Source of the DNA: Chloroflexota bacterium
Lineage (GTDB): Bacteria; Chloroflexota; UBA11872
Reading direction: 5' to 3'
Length of the DNA stretch: 64,000 nt
NCBI GenBank assembly: GCA_022821905.1
Contig: JAJECS010000025.1
Coordinates: 41,468-105,467, forward strand
Shown piece after piece: positions 36,656-47,387 of the stretch. The stretch's first letter is position 1. Every line of letters begins with the position of its first letter. Made by a program: the position numbers and the translations under genes. The notes under the pieces are model-generated. The model made no database searches, was not told the origin of the DNA, and saw only the letters and a list, made by a program, of their open reading frames with translations.

Positions 36656-36907
36656 ATGCGCGTCGTGACAGCAACTGAAGCCAAGGCCCGCCTGGCCGAG
36701 TTGCTGCGCGCGGTGGAAGGCGGCGAGACCGTCGCCATCACCCGTCACAACAAGGCGATCGTGCACCTGGTGCCGGCGCAGGCGCGGAATCAAGCTGAGC
36801 GGGCCGCGGCCGTGGAGCGATTTCGGCAACAGCGCAACGGGTGGAAGCCCATCGACATGTCCACCGAGGAAATCCTCGCAGCGCGCCACGAGGGCCACCG
36901 CTGGTAG
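36656..36907 (+). CDS. Phd/YefM-type antitoxin
   Basis: MRVVTATEAKARLAELLRAVEGGETVAITRHNKAIVHLVP. Upstream of the PIN toxin. Confidence 0.85.
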   Translation: MRVVTATEAKARLAELLRAVEGGETVAITRHNKAIVHLVPAQARNQAERAAAVERFRQQRNGWKPIDMSTEEILAARHEGHRW

Positions 36908-37305
36908 CCGCGTTCGTCCTCGATGCGTCCATAGCCGCCGCCTGGCTGTTCGACGACGAAACCGAATCGCGGGCCGAGGCGGCGCTGGCGCATCTGGAAG
37001 ACTCCGAGGCGCTGGTCCCGCGGCACTGGCAGCTGGAGGTGCGCAACGCCTTGGTCGTCGCCGAGCGGCGTGACCGGCTTTCCGCCGACGAGGTCGACCG
37101 GCGTCTGCATGCGCTGGCGGCACTCCCGGTCCATATCGACGACGATCCCAATCTGGATGTCGCGCTCTCACTGGCCAGGTCCCACGGACTCTCTATCTAC
37201 GACGCGCTCTATCTCGAGCTCGCGCAACGCCACGCGTCGGCGCTGGCCACGCTGGACACAGCCCTGGCCCACGCTGCCGAAGCCGAAGGCCTGGCGCTGA
37301 TCTAG
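36841..37305 (+). CDS. vapC: PIN-domain toxin (VapC family)
   Basis: FVLDASIAAAWLFDDE...LSIYDALYLELA...LATLD PIN acidic pattern. Start is uncertain: ATG at 36841 overlaps the antitoxin by 67 nt, and the only closer in-frame candidate is CTG at 36901. Confidence 0.75.
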   Translation: MEAHRHVHRGNPRSAPRGPPLVAAFVLDASIAAAWLFDDETESRAEAALAHLEDSEALVPRHWQLEVRNALVVAERRDRLSADEVDRRLHALAALPVHIDDDPNLDVALSLARSHGLSIYDALYLELAQRHASALATLDTALAHAAEAEGLALI

Positions 37306-37363
37306 CCCAACGGGCGCCCACCAGGGGCGCCTTACGCGAACCCGGATACGGCGTGGCGCCAGT

Positions 37364-37485
37364 CCGCATCCGGTGGCCCGCGCTGCGTGCAGCGTGGGAC
37401 CGGCCGCGGGTGGGTCTCCCAGGCTGCGCGCAGCCTGGGCCACCGGACCTCACTCGGCGTAGGGGCGGCCCTTGTGGCCGCCCGA
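37364..37485 (+). repeat. Structured 122-bp repeat, copy B
   Basis: See copy A. Same orientation, 912 bp downstream of copy A. Confidence 0.9.
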
Positions 37486-37490
37486 TCGGC

Positions 37491-40001
37491 CTAGTGCGGG
37501 ATGCCGAGTTGGTGCATCCGCCGGTGGATGGCCTCGCGGGCCTCGTGGAACGGCCGCTCGAGAAACGCCTGATGGTCGGCCTCGCCGTGGTGGTGGCTGG
37601 CGTGTCCGTGCGGGTATTGCGTGCTGCGGTGGCGGATGTAATCCAGGCTGCCGTCGATCAGGGTCAGCATGTATTGCGCCGTGGCGTCGCTCCACATGGA
37701 CCACTCGGCGTCACCGTCCGCCACGTATATCGGCGACGTATGCGCGAACCGCTGCCGGTGCCAGACATCGTGATGCTCGGGGGCGTCGAAGTAGGACGGC
37801 CCTCCGCAGCGCGCCGCGAGCCAGGTGGGCGCCGATATCTCCAGCGTCTCGGACAGCCGCAGTTGCCGCGCGCCGCCTGACGCCTGCGCTTCGGCCACCA
37901 CCTGCCCTTCCCGCACGATCTGGAGGCTGTGGACCGGCAGGATCGACTCGACCGATGCCTCCACCGTCACGCTGCCGCCGTTCTCGTCCATGTGCAACGT
38001 GTCGCCCGGCTCGTGGCCATCGACGTGAAGCGTGATCAGCGGACCGCCGCTGAGGAAGGTGCGCCCCGCCGCCATGCTGGCGCACCACGACTCGTAGCTG
38101 AACGGCTCGTCCGACGGCAGCCGCACGTACGTGCGATAGAGCCCGACCGGCACCTCGGACGACATCTTGTCCGTGCCCCCGACCAGCGGCAGGCGGTAGC
38201 CGCCGTTCAGATAGCGGTAGTACTCGGTGTGGGCGAAGGGTCCCTGGGTCAGCATCTCCACCGCGTCCGCGCGACCGGTTGCGATAAGGGCGGCGGGCTC
38301 GCCGTTGGGAAACGGCAGATGCGGGATCACCACCTTGCCGCCCTGCGCATGGCAGGCGTCGGCCCAGTGGGAGAGCGTGGTCTCCATCGATCCGCCCGGC
38401 TCCGCCTCGGTCGGCCCGTCGGAGCACCAGGGCATCACCAGGTCCTTGAGCCCCAGCAACGTCAGGTGCCCCAGGAAGTGCTGCCGGTTCTCCTGCGAAA
38501 CGTAGACGATGGTGCGGCCGTCGTCGGAAACGCGCGGTCGGCCGATGAAGTCCTCGGAATTCGTGAAGAGCGAGCCCCACTGCGACTGCAAGACGTTGAC
38601 CACGTTCAGGTCTTCCCCGGCGGCCTCGACGTTGGCGCCGTCGCCCGAAAGGAAGTGCACGTGGGTGTCGCCGCTGTACCAGCCCTGGGCATTCATGTCG
38701 GTCCAGCGATCGAGCGTTAGCTCGAGCTCGCGCTGCCCGGGCTTGACCTCGATCTCGGCGCGCAGCGGCTCGTACTCGAACCCGCGGGCCACGTCCACCA
38801 GCACCCGACCGGTGGGCAGCCATCCCTGGCAGCGGCCGTCGATGTACGCGTAGGTGGCCTGGTCCAGCCGCAGGTCGCCGCCCACGTCGACGTGCCAGGT
38901 GTCTTGCTCGGCGTTCAGGTGGGCGTGATGCCCGTGCGGTTGGTAGGGCACGCCCTCCGGCGAGCGGAAGTGGATGCGGCAGGGCACCGGGCGCCCGCTG
39001 GCCGCGTCGACCACGCGCGTGTGCACCCAGGCACGTCCGGTCTCCGACGCACGCACCGTGAGCCGCTCGGATGGCTTCAGCTCACCCTTGGCCGTCAGCT
39101 CGCCGAAGCGCACCTGTCCCAGCTCCTCGCCCTCCAGCTCCACGCGCACGGTGGCCGACGGCGTGGCCGCGATTTCGCTGTAGGCCGGACTGCTGCCCGG
39201 GTTCTTGGGTTCGCCCCAGCCGGCGGCGTCCGAAGTCAGGAACGCCTCGGGGTCACGCGGCAGGGGGTGGGCGTGCGTGGCGGTGCCGCGGTCCACGGAC
39301 ACCTCCACCGCGAATGGCCGCTCGGCGTCCTCGGGCTGCGGCAGCTCGACCACGACCGCCCGGCGCGCGTCGGCGCGCAGCGGATCCTCGTCGACCGTGC
39401 CCACGCAAAGGCCGCAAAGGACGACGGCGCGATCGGTGGGACGCACTTCGACCGCCGCGATCTCAACGTCGGGCCGCGGGTTGCGCCAGGGAAAGAGCGA
39501 GAACGCGGGCAGCGGCGGCGTGCCCACATCCGTCAGCGCGCGACCCATGCCGTCGCGCTCGACCACGTCGCGCGGGGCTGCGGGTGGGTCGGCTTGGGGA
39601 AGCGCCAAGAATGGCGCGCCGACGCGGAACATATCGGTGGTGTGCGCGGTCACCCCGATCTCGAAGCGCTCGCGAATCGGGATTTCCTGCGTCTCGCCGT
39701 CCGCGAAGTGCACCCGGTAGACGGCAACCGTGTCGCCGGGCAGATCCCCGTCGGGCAGCCGTGACGTCGCCAGCGAGTGCGCGAAAGTGACCGTGAGGGC
39801 CGTGCGCCCAATCTCTACGCGCTGTGGTTCCGTGTGGCCCTCGGAGCCGAAAAGTGCGACTTGCGAGGCTTCCGCGTCGCCGATGTCGAACGGCAAGCCG
39901 CGCACGTCACGCCGCCCGAGCCAGGCAGAGCCTTCAGGGCCGAGCAGACCGGCATCGGCATTGCACAGGGGAGCAATCGTCAGCGCCTCGTAGTCGGACA
40001 T
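37491..40001 (-). CDS. CehA/McbA-like metallo-dependent (PHP-type) hydrolase, large multidomain
   Basis: GWYSGDTHVHFLSGDG...NVLQSQWG...QENRQHFLGHLTLLG...VIPHLPFPNGEP pattern. ATG at 40001 follows GAGAGG; the track ORF runs to 40073. Confidence 0.65.
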   Translation of the reverse strand: MSDYEALTIAPLCNADAGLLGPEGSAWLGRRDVRGLPFDIGDAEASQVALFGSEGHTEPQRVEIGRTALTVTFAHSLATSRLPDGDLPGDTVAVYRVHFADGETQEIPIRERFEIGVTAHTTDMFRVGAPFLALPQADPPAAPRDVVERDGMGRALTDVGTPPLPAFSLFPWRNPRPDVEIAAVEVRPTDRAVVLCGLCVGTVDEDPLRADARRAVVVELPQPEDAERPFAVEVSVDRGTATHAHPLPRDPEAFLTSDAAGWGEPKNPGSSPAYSEIAATPSATVRVELEGEELGQVRFGELTAKGELKPSERLTVRASETGRAWVHTRVVDAASGRPVPCRIHFRSPEGVPYQPHGHHAHLNAEQDTWHVDVGGDLRLDQATYAYIDGRCQGWLPTGRVLVDVARGFEYEPLRAEIEVKPGQRELELTLDRWTDMNAQGWYSGDTHVHFLSGDGANVEAAGEDLNVVNVLQSQWGSLFTNSEDFIGRPRVSDDGRTIVYVSQENRQHFLGHLTLLGLKDLVMPWCSDGPTEAEPGGSMETTLSHWADACHAQGGKVVIPHLPFPNGEPAALIATGRADAVEMLTQGPFAHTEYYRYLNGGYRLPLVGGTDKMSSEVPVGLYRTYVRLPSDEPFSYESWCASMAAGRTFLSGGPLITLHVDGHEPGDTLHMDENGGSVTVEASVESILPVHSLQIVREGQVVAEAQASGGARQLRLSETLEISAPTWLAARCGGPSYFDAPEHHDVWHRQRFAHTSPIYVADGDAEWSMWSDATAQYMLTLIDGSLDYIRHRSTQYPHGHASHHHGEADHQAFLERPFHEAREAIHRRMHQLGIPH

Positions 40002-40133
40002 GGGGAACCTCTCGCGACCGGCCGGCGTGCCGCGATGGTGGCGGCCCGGTGCTCCGGCGTCAACGCGCCCCAACAGGCTGCCGCACTGTCAGGACGCCCA
40101 CCAGAGGGGGGCCAACACGAACGGCTCGTCGGC

Positions 40134-40238
40134 GTAGGGGCAGCCCTCGTGGCTGCCCGGCCCGGTGGCCCAGGCTGCGCGCAGCCTGGGAGATGCACCC
40201 GCGGCCGGCCCCACGCTGCACGCAGCGCGGGCCACCGG
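40134..40238 (-). repeat. Structured repeat, copy C (core 40162..40238 inverted; 74/77 identical to the reverse complement of copy A core)
   Basis: Read directly. The adjacent hairpin module gtaggggcagccctcgtggctgcccg (40134..40159) keeps the plus orientation. Confidence 0.85.
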
Positions 40239-40252
40239 ATGACGCCGGCCCG

Positions 40253-40993
40253 TCAGCGCTTCAGCGGGTGGTCGTCGCCCAGCCTGGCCTGAATGGGCTC
40301 CTCGTACAGGTGACTGGCGTCCGTGCGGATGTAGTGGCAGGCGTAGGCCCGCCGCCAGGCGTCGCTGGTGTTTGGCGCGGACATGTGAAAGGTCTGAAGG
40401 TGATGGAAGATCACGCCGCCCGCGCGCACCGGCGCGTGCACGGGCGCGGGCAGATCCAGCCGCTCCGGTATCAGGTGCGTCGTGCCGCCCTCCCATACGT
40501 GCGGTACGGCGCCCTGTAAGTGTGAGCCGGCGAAATACTGCATGCAGCCGTTGGCCTCGGTGGCGTCGTCCAGCGCGCACCACACCGTGATGCCCCAGTC
40601 GGCCGGGTCCACGCCGAAGTGGGCATTGTCCTGGTGCGGGGGTTTGGCGCTGCCCTGGCGCGGCGGTTTGAGGAACGCCTGATCGGTATACAGGCGCAGC
40701 GGTTCGCCGATGAGCTGGCCGACCATCTCCAGCAGCTCCGGCGCCTCCGCGTGCCGGCGGAACGCGGCGTCATGGGGCGCCAACTCGTTCAGCTTGCGGG
40801 GCAAGGCGCCGTCGGTGGGAGCATCCGGCTCGAGCTGCACGCCCATGCGCTGCGCCACGTCGCCACCGGTGTCGGAGGCAATGGCGTCAATCTTGCGGCG
40901 CATTTCCGCCACCCGCTCCGCGGGCACCACGTCCTCCACGACCAGGTAGCCATCGGCGCGGAATTGAGCGACTTGGGCGTCAGTTAGCGGCAT
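40253..40993 (-). CDS. Phytanoyl-CoA dioxygenase (PhyH) family Fe(II)/2-oxoglutarate oxygenase
   Basis: [23 protein letters not shown]... HQDNAHF ... C-terminal His pattern. Confidence 0.8.
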   Translation of the reverse strand: MPLTDAQVAQFRADGYLVVEDVVPAERVAEMRRKIDAIASDTGGDVAQRMGVQLEPDAPTDGALPRKLNELAPHDAAFRRHAEAPELLEMVGQLIGEPLRLYTDQAFLKPPRQGSAKPPHQDNAHFGVDPADWGITVWCALDDATEANGCMQYFAGSHLQGAVPHVWEGGTTHLIPERLDLPAPVHAPVRAGGVIFHHLQTFHMSAPNTSDAWRRAYACHYIRTDASHLYEEPIQARLGDDHPLKR

Positions 40994-41024
40994 TGGCGCA
41001 TCGTCCGAGGAGGACGGTTCGTCC

Positions 41025-41522
41025 TTACTCTAGCGTTTCCTCCAGGATCTCCGCCGCCTGCGCCTCGCGCCGCCGGCGGAGGGTCTCACGCAGCGCCGGA
41101 TCGGCCGTGGCGAGAATCTGCGTTGCCAGGATCCCGGCGTTCACCGCCCCGGCCTTGCCAATGGCGACCGTGGCGACGGGGATGCCGCGCGGCATCTGCA
41201 CCGTCGAAAGCAGCGAGTCGAGGCCGTCCAGCGACCACGCCTGCATCGGCACGCCGATCACGGGCAGCATGGTGTGCGCGGCCACGACGCCGGCCAGGTG
41301 CGCCGCGCCGCCGGCGGCGGCGATGATCACGCCCAGACCGCGCGCCTCTGCCGTGCTGGCGTATTCCGCCGTTTCGGCAGGCGTGCGATGGGCCGAGAGC
41401 ACCCGCGCCTCGTGCGCGATGCCCAGCTCTTCCAGGGTGTCGGCAGCAGATTTCATCGTGCCCCAGTCGGAGGCGCTGCCCATCAGGATGCCGACTTTCG
41501 GATCGGAAGATTGGTTGCTCAT
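41025..41522 (-). CDS. purE: 5-(carboxyamino)imidazole ribonucleotide mutase
   Basis: [39 protein letters not shown]...[27 protein letters not shown]. Confidence 0.9.
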   Translation of the reverse strand: MSNQSSDPKVGILMGSASDWGTMKSAADTLEELGIAHEARVLSAHRTPAETAEYASTAEARGLGVIIAAAGGAAHLAGVVAAHTMLPVIGVPMQAWSLDGLDSLLSTVQMPRGIPVATVAIGKAGAVNAGILATQILATADPALRETLRRRREAQAAEILEETLE

Positions 41523-41529
41523 AGGTCAG

Positions 41530-42981
41530 TTACTCGCCTTGGGCCAGGGAATACGCGCGTGCGCCGTCAAACGTACACAAGTGCTCGGTTTTGGTGAAGT
41601 CCAGATTCGTTGCGGCGATGCGCCCCAGAAGCGCGACGATCTGCCCGTGGTCGACGGCCGCGCCGTCGTCGCCCATGAACCGGGCGCGCCACTGGTCCAC
41701 CAAGAGCCCGTCGGCCACGTTCTCGGGCCAGACCTGGGCGCCCCGGTTGCTGATCATCCGCAGGGTCAAGCCGGCCCCGTTCGTCGTCTGAAGCTGCTGC
41801 GCCAGGTCCGCGGGCTCTCCGCCGCTCCAGTCCAGGAACACATCCACGCCCACCGTCTGCTTGGCAGGTTGAGCGCTCGGTACCGACGCCGGGTGCACCG
41901 GGGTTCGGCCGCCGACTCCGTAAACGGCGACGGGCAGCGTCTGGGGCAATTCACCGATGCGGTCTGCCACGGCCTGGCCGAACTCACGCGTGCCGACCTT
42001 GGCCTTGCTGTACTCCGGCGTGTGGATGTCGTAGGTGTGGATGCCGTCTTCCAGGGTCCGCAGCCAGGCGTTTTGCACGCGACCGGCCACGTCGGCCTGG
42101 CCGATGTGATCCAGCATCAGCACGGCGGCGTTGAGCAAGCCCGACGGATTGGCCAGATTCTGGCCCGCGCGGCGCGGCGCGGACCCGTGGATGGCCTCGA
42201 ACATCGCCGCGCTCTCGCCGATATTCGCGGCTCCGGCGAGACCCACAGATCCCGCGATCTGCGCCGCCACGTCGGACAGGATGTCGCCGTAGAGGTTTGG
42301 CAGCACCACCACGTCGAACATCTCCGGCGTGTCGGCCAGCTTGGCCGCGCCGATGTCGACGATCCAGTACTCGGCTTCGATGTCCGGATACTCCGCCGCG
42401 ATCTCGTCGAAGACCTCGTGAAAGAGGCCGTCCGACAGCTTCATGATGTTGTCTTTGGCGAAGGCGGTGACCTTGGATCGACCGTGATGCCGGGCGTATT
42501 CGAACGCATAGCGGATGATGCGTTCGCTGCCGGGGCGGGAGATGAGCTTGAGGGACTGCATCACGTCGGCGGACTGCTGGTATTCGATGCCGGCGTAGAG
42601 GTCTTCCTCGTTCTCGCGGATCAGCACCACGTTCATGTCGGGGTGGTGCTTGGTCTGGATGTACGGATGGAACGTGGCGGCGGGTCGCACGTTGGCGAAG
42701 AGGCCGAGCGCGACGCGCGTGGTGACGTTAAGGCTCTTGAAGCCGCCGCCCTGCGGCGTGGTGATGGGCGCCTTGAGGAAGACCCGCGTGCGCCGGATGG
42801 ACTCCCACGCGGCGTCGTCGATGCCGGTGGTGATGCCGCGGTGGTAGACCTTCTCACCGATTTCGATGACTTCGGGCTCGATGCGCGCTCCGGCAGTCTC
42901 GAGCACGTGCATGACTGCCGGCATGATTTCGGGGCCGATGCCATCCCCATAGGCCACGGTGATCGGGGTCTTCTCGGTCAT
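41530..42981 (-). CDS. icd: NADP-dependent isocitrate dehydrogenase, Thermus-type with C-terminal extra domain
   Basis: [14 protein letters not shown]..., [24 protein letters not shown] and FEAIHGSAP motifs. The C-terminal VGVDVF...[13 protein letters not shown]... block resembles the T. thermophilus ICDH tail. Confidence 0.85.
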   Translation of the reverse strand: MTEKTPITVAYGDGIGPEIMPAVMHVLETAGARIEPEVIEIGEKVYHRGITTGIDDAAWESIRRTRVFLKAPITTPQGGGFKSLNVTTRVALGLFANVRPAATFHPYIQTKHHPDMNVVLIRENEEDLYAGIEYQQSADVMQSLKLISRPGSERIIRYAFEYARHHGRSKVTAFAKDNIMKLSDGLFHEVFDEIAAEYPDIEAEYWIVDIGAAKLADTPEMFDVVVLPNLYGDILSDVAAQIAGSVGLAGAANIGESAAMFEAIHGSAPRRAGQNLANPSGLLNAAVLMLDHIGQADVAGRVQNAWLRTLEDGIHTYDIHTPEYSKAKVGTREFGQAVADRIGELPQTLPVAVYGVGGRTPVHPASVPSAQPAKQTVGVDVFLDWSGGEPADLAQQLQTTNGAGLTLRMISNRGAQVWPENVADGLLVDQWRARFMGDDGAAVDHGQIVALLGRIAATNLDFTKTEHLCTFDGARAYSLAQGE

Positions 42982-43050
42982 TCAGGACTCCTGCGCCAGG
43001 CAACGGCGCCTAGCATATCGCCGCCGGCACCGGGCGTCGCTGCGTCACGC

Positions 43051-43626
43051 TCACGCCCAGCGCAGCGTGGGGTCGCCGGGCGCGTAGCGGACGAATTCGC
43101 CAAAGGCCGCCATGAGCTGGCGCACCCGCTCGCGCAGGCGTTCGTCGGCCAGCCGGCCCTGGTCGTCGAATGCGCCCCAGGCCCCGGCCACGAACACCTC
43201 GGGGTCGATCATCACGCGCATGCTGTTGTGCAGCGCGATCTCGCGCAGGTGCATCTGCGCCCGCACCGTGCCGAAGCGCCCGCCCGCGCCCATGATGGCC
43301 ATGGGCTTCCCATCCAGCGGCGAGTCGGGCGGACGCGACGCCCAGTCGATGGCGTTCTTGAGCACGCCGGGGATGGAGTAGTTGTACTCGGGCGTCGCGA
43401 TCACCAGGCCGTCGGCCGCGGCCAGGGCCTGCCGGAACTCCTCGACGGACGCGGGCGTGCCGTCGTCCTCGAGATCCCGGTTGTAAAGCGGAAGCGGCGC
43501 CAGGTCCACGATTTCGATGCGCGTATCGGCGGGCGCCAGGGCCTGCGCTTCCCGCAGCAGCGCCGCGTTGAACGAGCCGCGGCGCAAGCTCCCCGCAATT
43601 CCCGCCAGCACTACCTCATCGGCCAT
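43051..43626 (-). CDS. NADPH-dependent FMN reductase
   Basis: [18 protein letters not shown]...[29 protein letters not shown]. Confidence 0.85.
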   Translation of the reverse strand: MADEVVLAGIAGSLRRGSFNAALLREAQALAPADTRIEIVDLAPLPLYNRDLEDDGTPASVEEFRQALAAADGLVIATPEYNYSIPGVLKNAIDWASRPPDSPLDGKPMAIMGAGGRFGTVRAQMHLREIALHNSMRVMIDPEVFVAGAWGAFDDQGRLADERLRERVRQLMAAFGEFVRYAPGDPTLRWA

Positions 43627-43764
43627 CGTGCAACCCGTCTATGCGCGCCACGGATCCGGCGATTGGTGTCCCTTCACCATGATCAGCGGATGACGCCGCG
43701 CGGCCAAGAGGATTCCTGGGATTGTGCCGATCAAGCAGCGGCCCGAGTCCGGTTGGCACTTGGG

Positions 43765-44655
43765 CTACACCGGCATGTCGCGCCTGGTATAGCTCCGTCC
43801 GAAGGCGGCGTGAGCCTCGCCGCCGCCGATGATCAGGGCGCCGATCTCGTCGATCAGGTGCCGCACCTGCTCCTCCATCGTCATGGACGGATCGGCCCAG
43901 CTGCACAGAAACGGGAGACCCGCCGCCGCGCAGGCGGCGCGAACGGCCGTGCGAGCGGCGTCCATCTCGGGCGGATAGGGCGGGTCGTGCCGCGAGGCAT
44001 GGCCGAACGACATGCCCATGTCGCCCGGACCCCACTCGGCGAAACCGATCCCAGGCACGGCGGTCGTCTCCCGGGCGCGTTGCACGGCGTGGCGGTCCTC
44101 GATCTTGAGACCCAGCATCAGTTCGCCGTGGGGGTTGAGCGGCCAGGGATCGGCGACGCGCAGATACTCCTCCGGATCGAGTCCCCAAATCGCGGCCGCG
44201 GCCGCCTGCCCGCCCGCGCCGCGCGTCCCCTCGCCCAGGCCCGAACCCACGCCGGTGGTCTGAAACGGAAAGCGGCAGGCCTCCACGAAGGCGCGCACGG
44301 CCGCCGGATCCCGCGCGTGGCACAGCAGCAGACCATGAACGCCGGCGGTGAGGATGTGCCGGATCTGCCACGCGTTGGCGAGAATCTCGGCCGGAGACAC
44401 GCCGTGGGCCGGGAGCGTGCAAATGACCGTGGGCGTGGGATGGCCGCTCCGCGTCGGCCCCGCATCGCGAAGGCCGCGCATGAAGGCGGTCAGCCCGACC
44501 ACGTCGAGCGGAAAGTGCTCGAACTCAACGGTGAAGTAGTCCGCCCAGGTGCCGGCCCCCTCGCGGCCGGCGTCGTAGCTCAACTCATGGACGCCGTCCA
44601 TGTAGATGGGCTGGCCGGATTCGAGCAGCTCAATGCAGCGGTTGACGCGAGACAT
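43765..44655 (-). CDS. HpcH/HpaI-family aldolase-like protein
   Basis: N-terminal [25 protein letters not shown] and TIM-barrel length. Assignment made from pattern memory only. Confidence 0.55.
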   Translation of the reverse strand: MSRVNRCIELLESGQPIYMDGVHELSYDAGREGAGTWADYFTVEFEHFPLDVVGLTAFMRGLRDAGPTRSGHPTPTVICTLPAHGVSPAEILANAWQIRHILTAGVHGLLLCHARDPAAVRAFVEACRFPFQTTGVGSGLGEGTRGAGGQAAAAAIWGLDPEEYLRVADPWPLNPHGELMLGLKIEDRHAVQRARETTAVPGIGFAEWGPGDMGMSFGHASRHDPPYPPEMDAARTAVRAACAAAGLPFLCSWADPSMTMEEQVRHLIDEIGALIIGGGEAHAAFGRSYTRRDMPV

Positions 44656-44695
44656 GCACTCTCCTGGAATCTAGGCGATCTTCGACGCCGCCATC

Positions 44696-45490
44696 CTACG
44701 CGCCGGCGGCAATGAGCTTGCGGGCGGCTGCCAGCATGACCTGCGCGAGATCCGCGCAATTGGCGTCGAACTCGGGGGTGCCGAAGATATTTCCCCACGC
44801 AGGATCGAATACCTGGTCGGTGACGGTGAGGATGAGCCCGATGTCGACCCCGCGCACGGCGGCCAGCGTCATCACCGCGGAGGACTCCATCTCGACGCCC
44901 AGGTCGCAGTCCGCGGCATAGCGCGCGACCTTGCCCCGGACCTCACGGTAGGGCGCATCGGTGCTCCAGACACGGCCCTCGTGAACCGGCCGCGAGCCGT
45001 TGCGTGCTGCTTCCAGCAGTGCCTGCGTGGCGGGTCCGGACGCGGTGGCCGCATGCTCCGGCCCGGCGTAGTGGTAGGAGGTGCCCTCCTCGCGCCTCGC
45101 GCCGGTGGGCACGACGTTGTCACCGATGCGGATGCGCGGCTGCAAGCTGCCCACCGCGCCGCCGATGAGGATTGTGCGCGCTCCGCGTGCGATCAACTCT
45201 TCGAGCGCCATCACCGAAGCCGGAGCCCCGACCGCCAGCCTGCTTATTGAAGCCGGTGATCCGTCGAGCTCGCCGACGCGCACGCCACCCCACGTAGGCT
45301 GTGCCCCAAGTGCGTCCGCAACGGCCTCAACGGTCGATGGCATGAACGAGGCGAGGACCAGCGAAGGGACGGCGGTTCGCTCGCTCGCCCCCCTTCGCTC
45401 GGCCACCTCGCGGACGTGACGAACCGGGTCGATGACTGGCTCGTCGTCGCCGTGCGCGTCGAGCCAGTCGAACGGCGAGGTTTGTGGCAT
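44696..45490 (-). CDS. Nucleoside phosphorylase (PNP/UDP-1 family)
   Basis: [10 protein letters not shown]...[19 protein letters not shown]...[12 protein letters not shown]...[10 protein letters not shown] motifs. ATG at 45490 (MPQTSPF). Confidence 0.7.
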   Translation of the reverse strand: MPQTSPFDWLDAHGDDEPVIDPVRHVREVAERRGASERTAVPSLVLASFMPSTVEAVADALGAQPTWGGVRVGELDGSPASISRLAVGAPASVMALEELIARGARTILIGGAVGSLQPRIRIGDNVVPTGARREEGTSYHYAGPEHAATASGPATQALLEAARNGSRPVHEGRVWSTDAPYREVRGKVARYAADCDLGVEMESSAVMTLAAVRGVDIGLILTVTDQVFDPAWGNIFGTPEFDANCADLAQVMLAAARKLIAAGA

Positions 45491-45591
45491 GCGAATGTAT
45501 CTGGCGCGCGGCGGGGGAAGGGCAAGCCTAGCAGTCCATTCCGGGCTCCCCGGCGTCACGCGACCGCCGGTTGCCGCCGTTAGAATTCCGT

Positions 45592-46617
45592 ATGTCAGAC
45601 GCTCCGACCCTTGTCATTGCCGGCGGCGCCGGGTTCATCGGCGCGAACTTCGCGCGCTATGTCGCCGCCGCCCGCCCGGAATGGCGGCTGCGCGTCCTGG
45701 ACAAGCTCACCTACGCCGGCGACCGGGCGCGCCTGGCGGACGTGGACGCCGAGTTCATCGAGGGCGACATTGCCGACCCGGAGGCTGCGGCATCGGTCCT
45801 GACCGGGGCGCGCTGGCTGGTGAACTTCGCGGCCGAGACGCACGTGGACCGGTCGTTGCAGGACGCGCAGGCCTTTCTGCGCACCAACGTCACCGGAACG
45901 TTCGTCCTCATGAGCGCGGCCGGCGACGCCGGCGTCGAGCGGATCGTGCACGTCAGCACCGACGAGGTGTATGGCGAGAGCCACGGCCAGGCGTTTCGCG
46001 AGGACGACCTGCTGCGGCCGCGGAGTCCCTATTCCGCCAGCAAGGCCGGCGGCGATTTGCAGGTGCTGGCGCTGCACGCCACCTACGGCCTGCCGGTGTG
46101 CATCACGCGCGGCGCGAACACCATCGGCGGCTGGCAGCACCCCGAGAAAGCCGTGCCGCTGTTCACCATCAATGCCCTGCTCAACAAGCCGCTGCCGATC
46201 TACGGCCGGGGCGAGCAGCGCCGGGACCGGCTCCACGTGGATGACCACTCCCGTGCCCTTCTCGCCGTCCTGGAACGAGGCGAGCTCGGCGCCGTGTACA
46301 ACGTGGCCGCCGGCAACAATCGGGACAACCTCACCGTCGCCAAATCGATCCTGGAGCGGCTGGACCGGCCCGAAACGCTGATCCGGTTCGTCGATGATCG
46401 GCCCGGCCACGACTGGGACTACATCATGGACGCCTCGCGGCTGCGCGACCTTGGCTGGAAGCCCGAGCACGACTTCCAATCCGCGCTCGACTGCACGATC
46501 GACTGGTACGTCGCGCACCGCGACTGGTGGGAGCCGATCGTCTCCGGCGAGTTTCAGCAGTACTACGACCGCCTCTACGGCCAGCGACTGGCCACATCCG
46601 ACGCGTATCGGCCCTAG
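45592..46617 (+). CDS. rfbB: dTDP-glucose 4,6-dehydratase
   Basis: LVIAGGAGFIGANF, DKLTYAG, FAAETHVDRS, STDEVYG and YSASKAGGD motifs. Confidence 0.85.
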   Translation: MSDAPTLVIAGGAGFIGANFARYVAAARPEWRLRVLDKLTYAGDRARLADVDAEFIEGDIADPEAAASVLTGARWLVNFAAETHVDRSLQDAQAFLRTNVTGTFVLMSAAGDAGVERIVHVSTDEVYGESHGQAFREDDLLRPRSPYSASKAGGDLQVLALHATYGLPVCITRGANTIGGWQHPEKAVPLFTINALLNKPLPIYGRGEQRRDRLHVDDHSRALLAVLERGELGAVYNVAAGNNRDNLTVAKSILERLDRPETLIRFVDDRPGHDWDYIMDASRLRDLGWKPEHDFQSALDCTIDWYVAHRDWWEPIVSGEFQQYYDRLYGQRLATSDAYRP

Positions 46618-46724
46618 GGGTCCTGCGTCCAGTTCCGGCGCGGATCACGGCGCCCATGACGCGTGCCGCTGGCAAGATGTAGCGGTCAGACCAGAAGAAT
46701 GGACTCGATGGAGTTGAACGGCCA

Positions 46725-47387
46725 ATGACGGCTGCAACCGGCGGAGCACTCATCGCGCGGCGCGGTTGGCGCGATGCCTGGGCCTGGATGCGCTGGGACG
46801 TGCCGACGCGCATTGTGCTGCTGATCGCCGCACCGCTGATCTGGATCGCCGTGGCGGACATCGATCCGTGGGCGATCGGGTTGCGATTCGACTTCCACTT
46901 GCGTGATTGGCTGCTCATTGCCCTGATGGCCGTCGGCGCCGCACTCGTGTCGCTGGCCTACCGCCGCTGGCTGTGGCGGCCTCGCGCCGCCCCCGACCGG
47001 TCTGCGCTCGCGCTCGAGCTGCCCTTTTTCGTGGTGCTGAATCCCGTTGCCGAGGAGCTATTCTTCCGCGGCGCCGCGATGTTCGGCCTGGCCAATCTGG
47101 TGGGCATGCCCTGGGCCATCGCCATCACATCGGTCGTGTTTGGCGTGCATCACGCGTTGGCGCGGTTTCCAGTCTCGTTTCTGGTCCTTGGGACTCTCGG
47201 TGGGGCGCTCTTCGGCATTGTGACGGCGCACTTCTGGTCGATCGTCCCGGCGATCATCATGCACGCGGCCGCTGACGTGGCCATTTTCGTGGCCGCGGGG
47301 CACATGGCTGCTCGCGGCTGGGCCAACGATAAATCGCCGAGGGTCGAGCCACCCTCGGTTGATAGACTTGCCGCGCCGACCCCGTAG
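46725..47387 (+). CDS. CPBP-family intramembrane glutamic endopeptidase (CAAX protease-like)
   Basis: NPVAEELFFRG, FGVHH and HAAAD motifs. The last 10 nt overlap tRNA-Arg. Confidence 0.85.
   Translation: MTAATGGALIARRGWRDAWAWMRWDVPTRIVLLIAAPLIWIAVADIDPWAIGLRFDFHLRDWLLIALMAVGAALVSLAYRRWLWRPRAAPDRSALALELPFFVVLNPVAEELFFRGAAMFGLANLVGMPWAIAITSVVFGVHHALARFPVSFLVLGTLGGALFGIVTAHFWSIVPAIIMHAAADVAIFVAAGHMAARGWANDKSPRVEPPSVDRLAAPTP

Noticed and set aside
36452-40238. 122-bp repeats as integron attC sites flanking TA and GNAT-type cassettes
   Set aside because: There are no RYYYAAC/GTTRRRY core sites at the repeat ends and no intI nearby. The genes between the copies are in mixed orientation, and one copy is inverted. 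The repeats fit REP/MITE-like elements better.
40993-44715. 1240-aa plus-strand ORF, the longest in the track
   Set aside because: Its product is low-complexity and Arg/Ala/Gly/Pro-rich. It lies antisense to four well-supported minus-strand genes (purE, icd, FMN reductase, HpcH-like). This is the stop-poor mirror-frame artefact typical of high-GC DNA.
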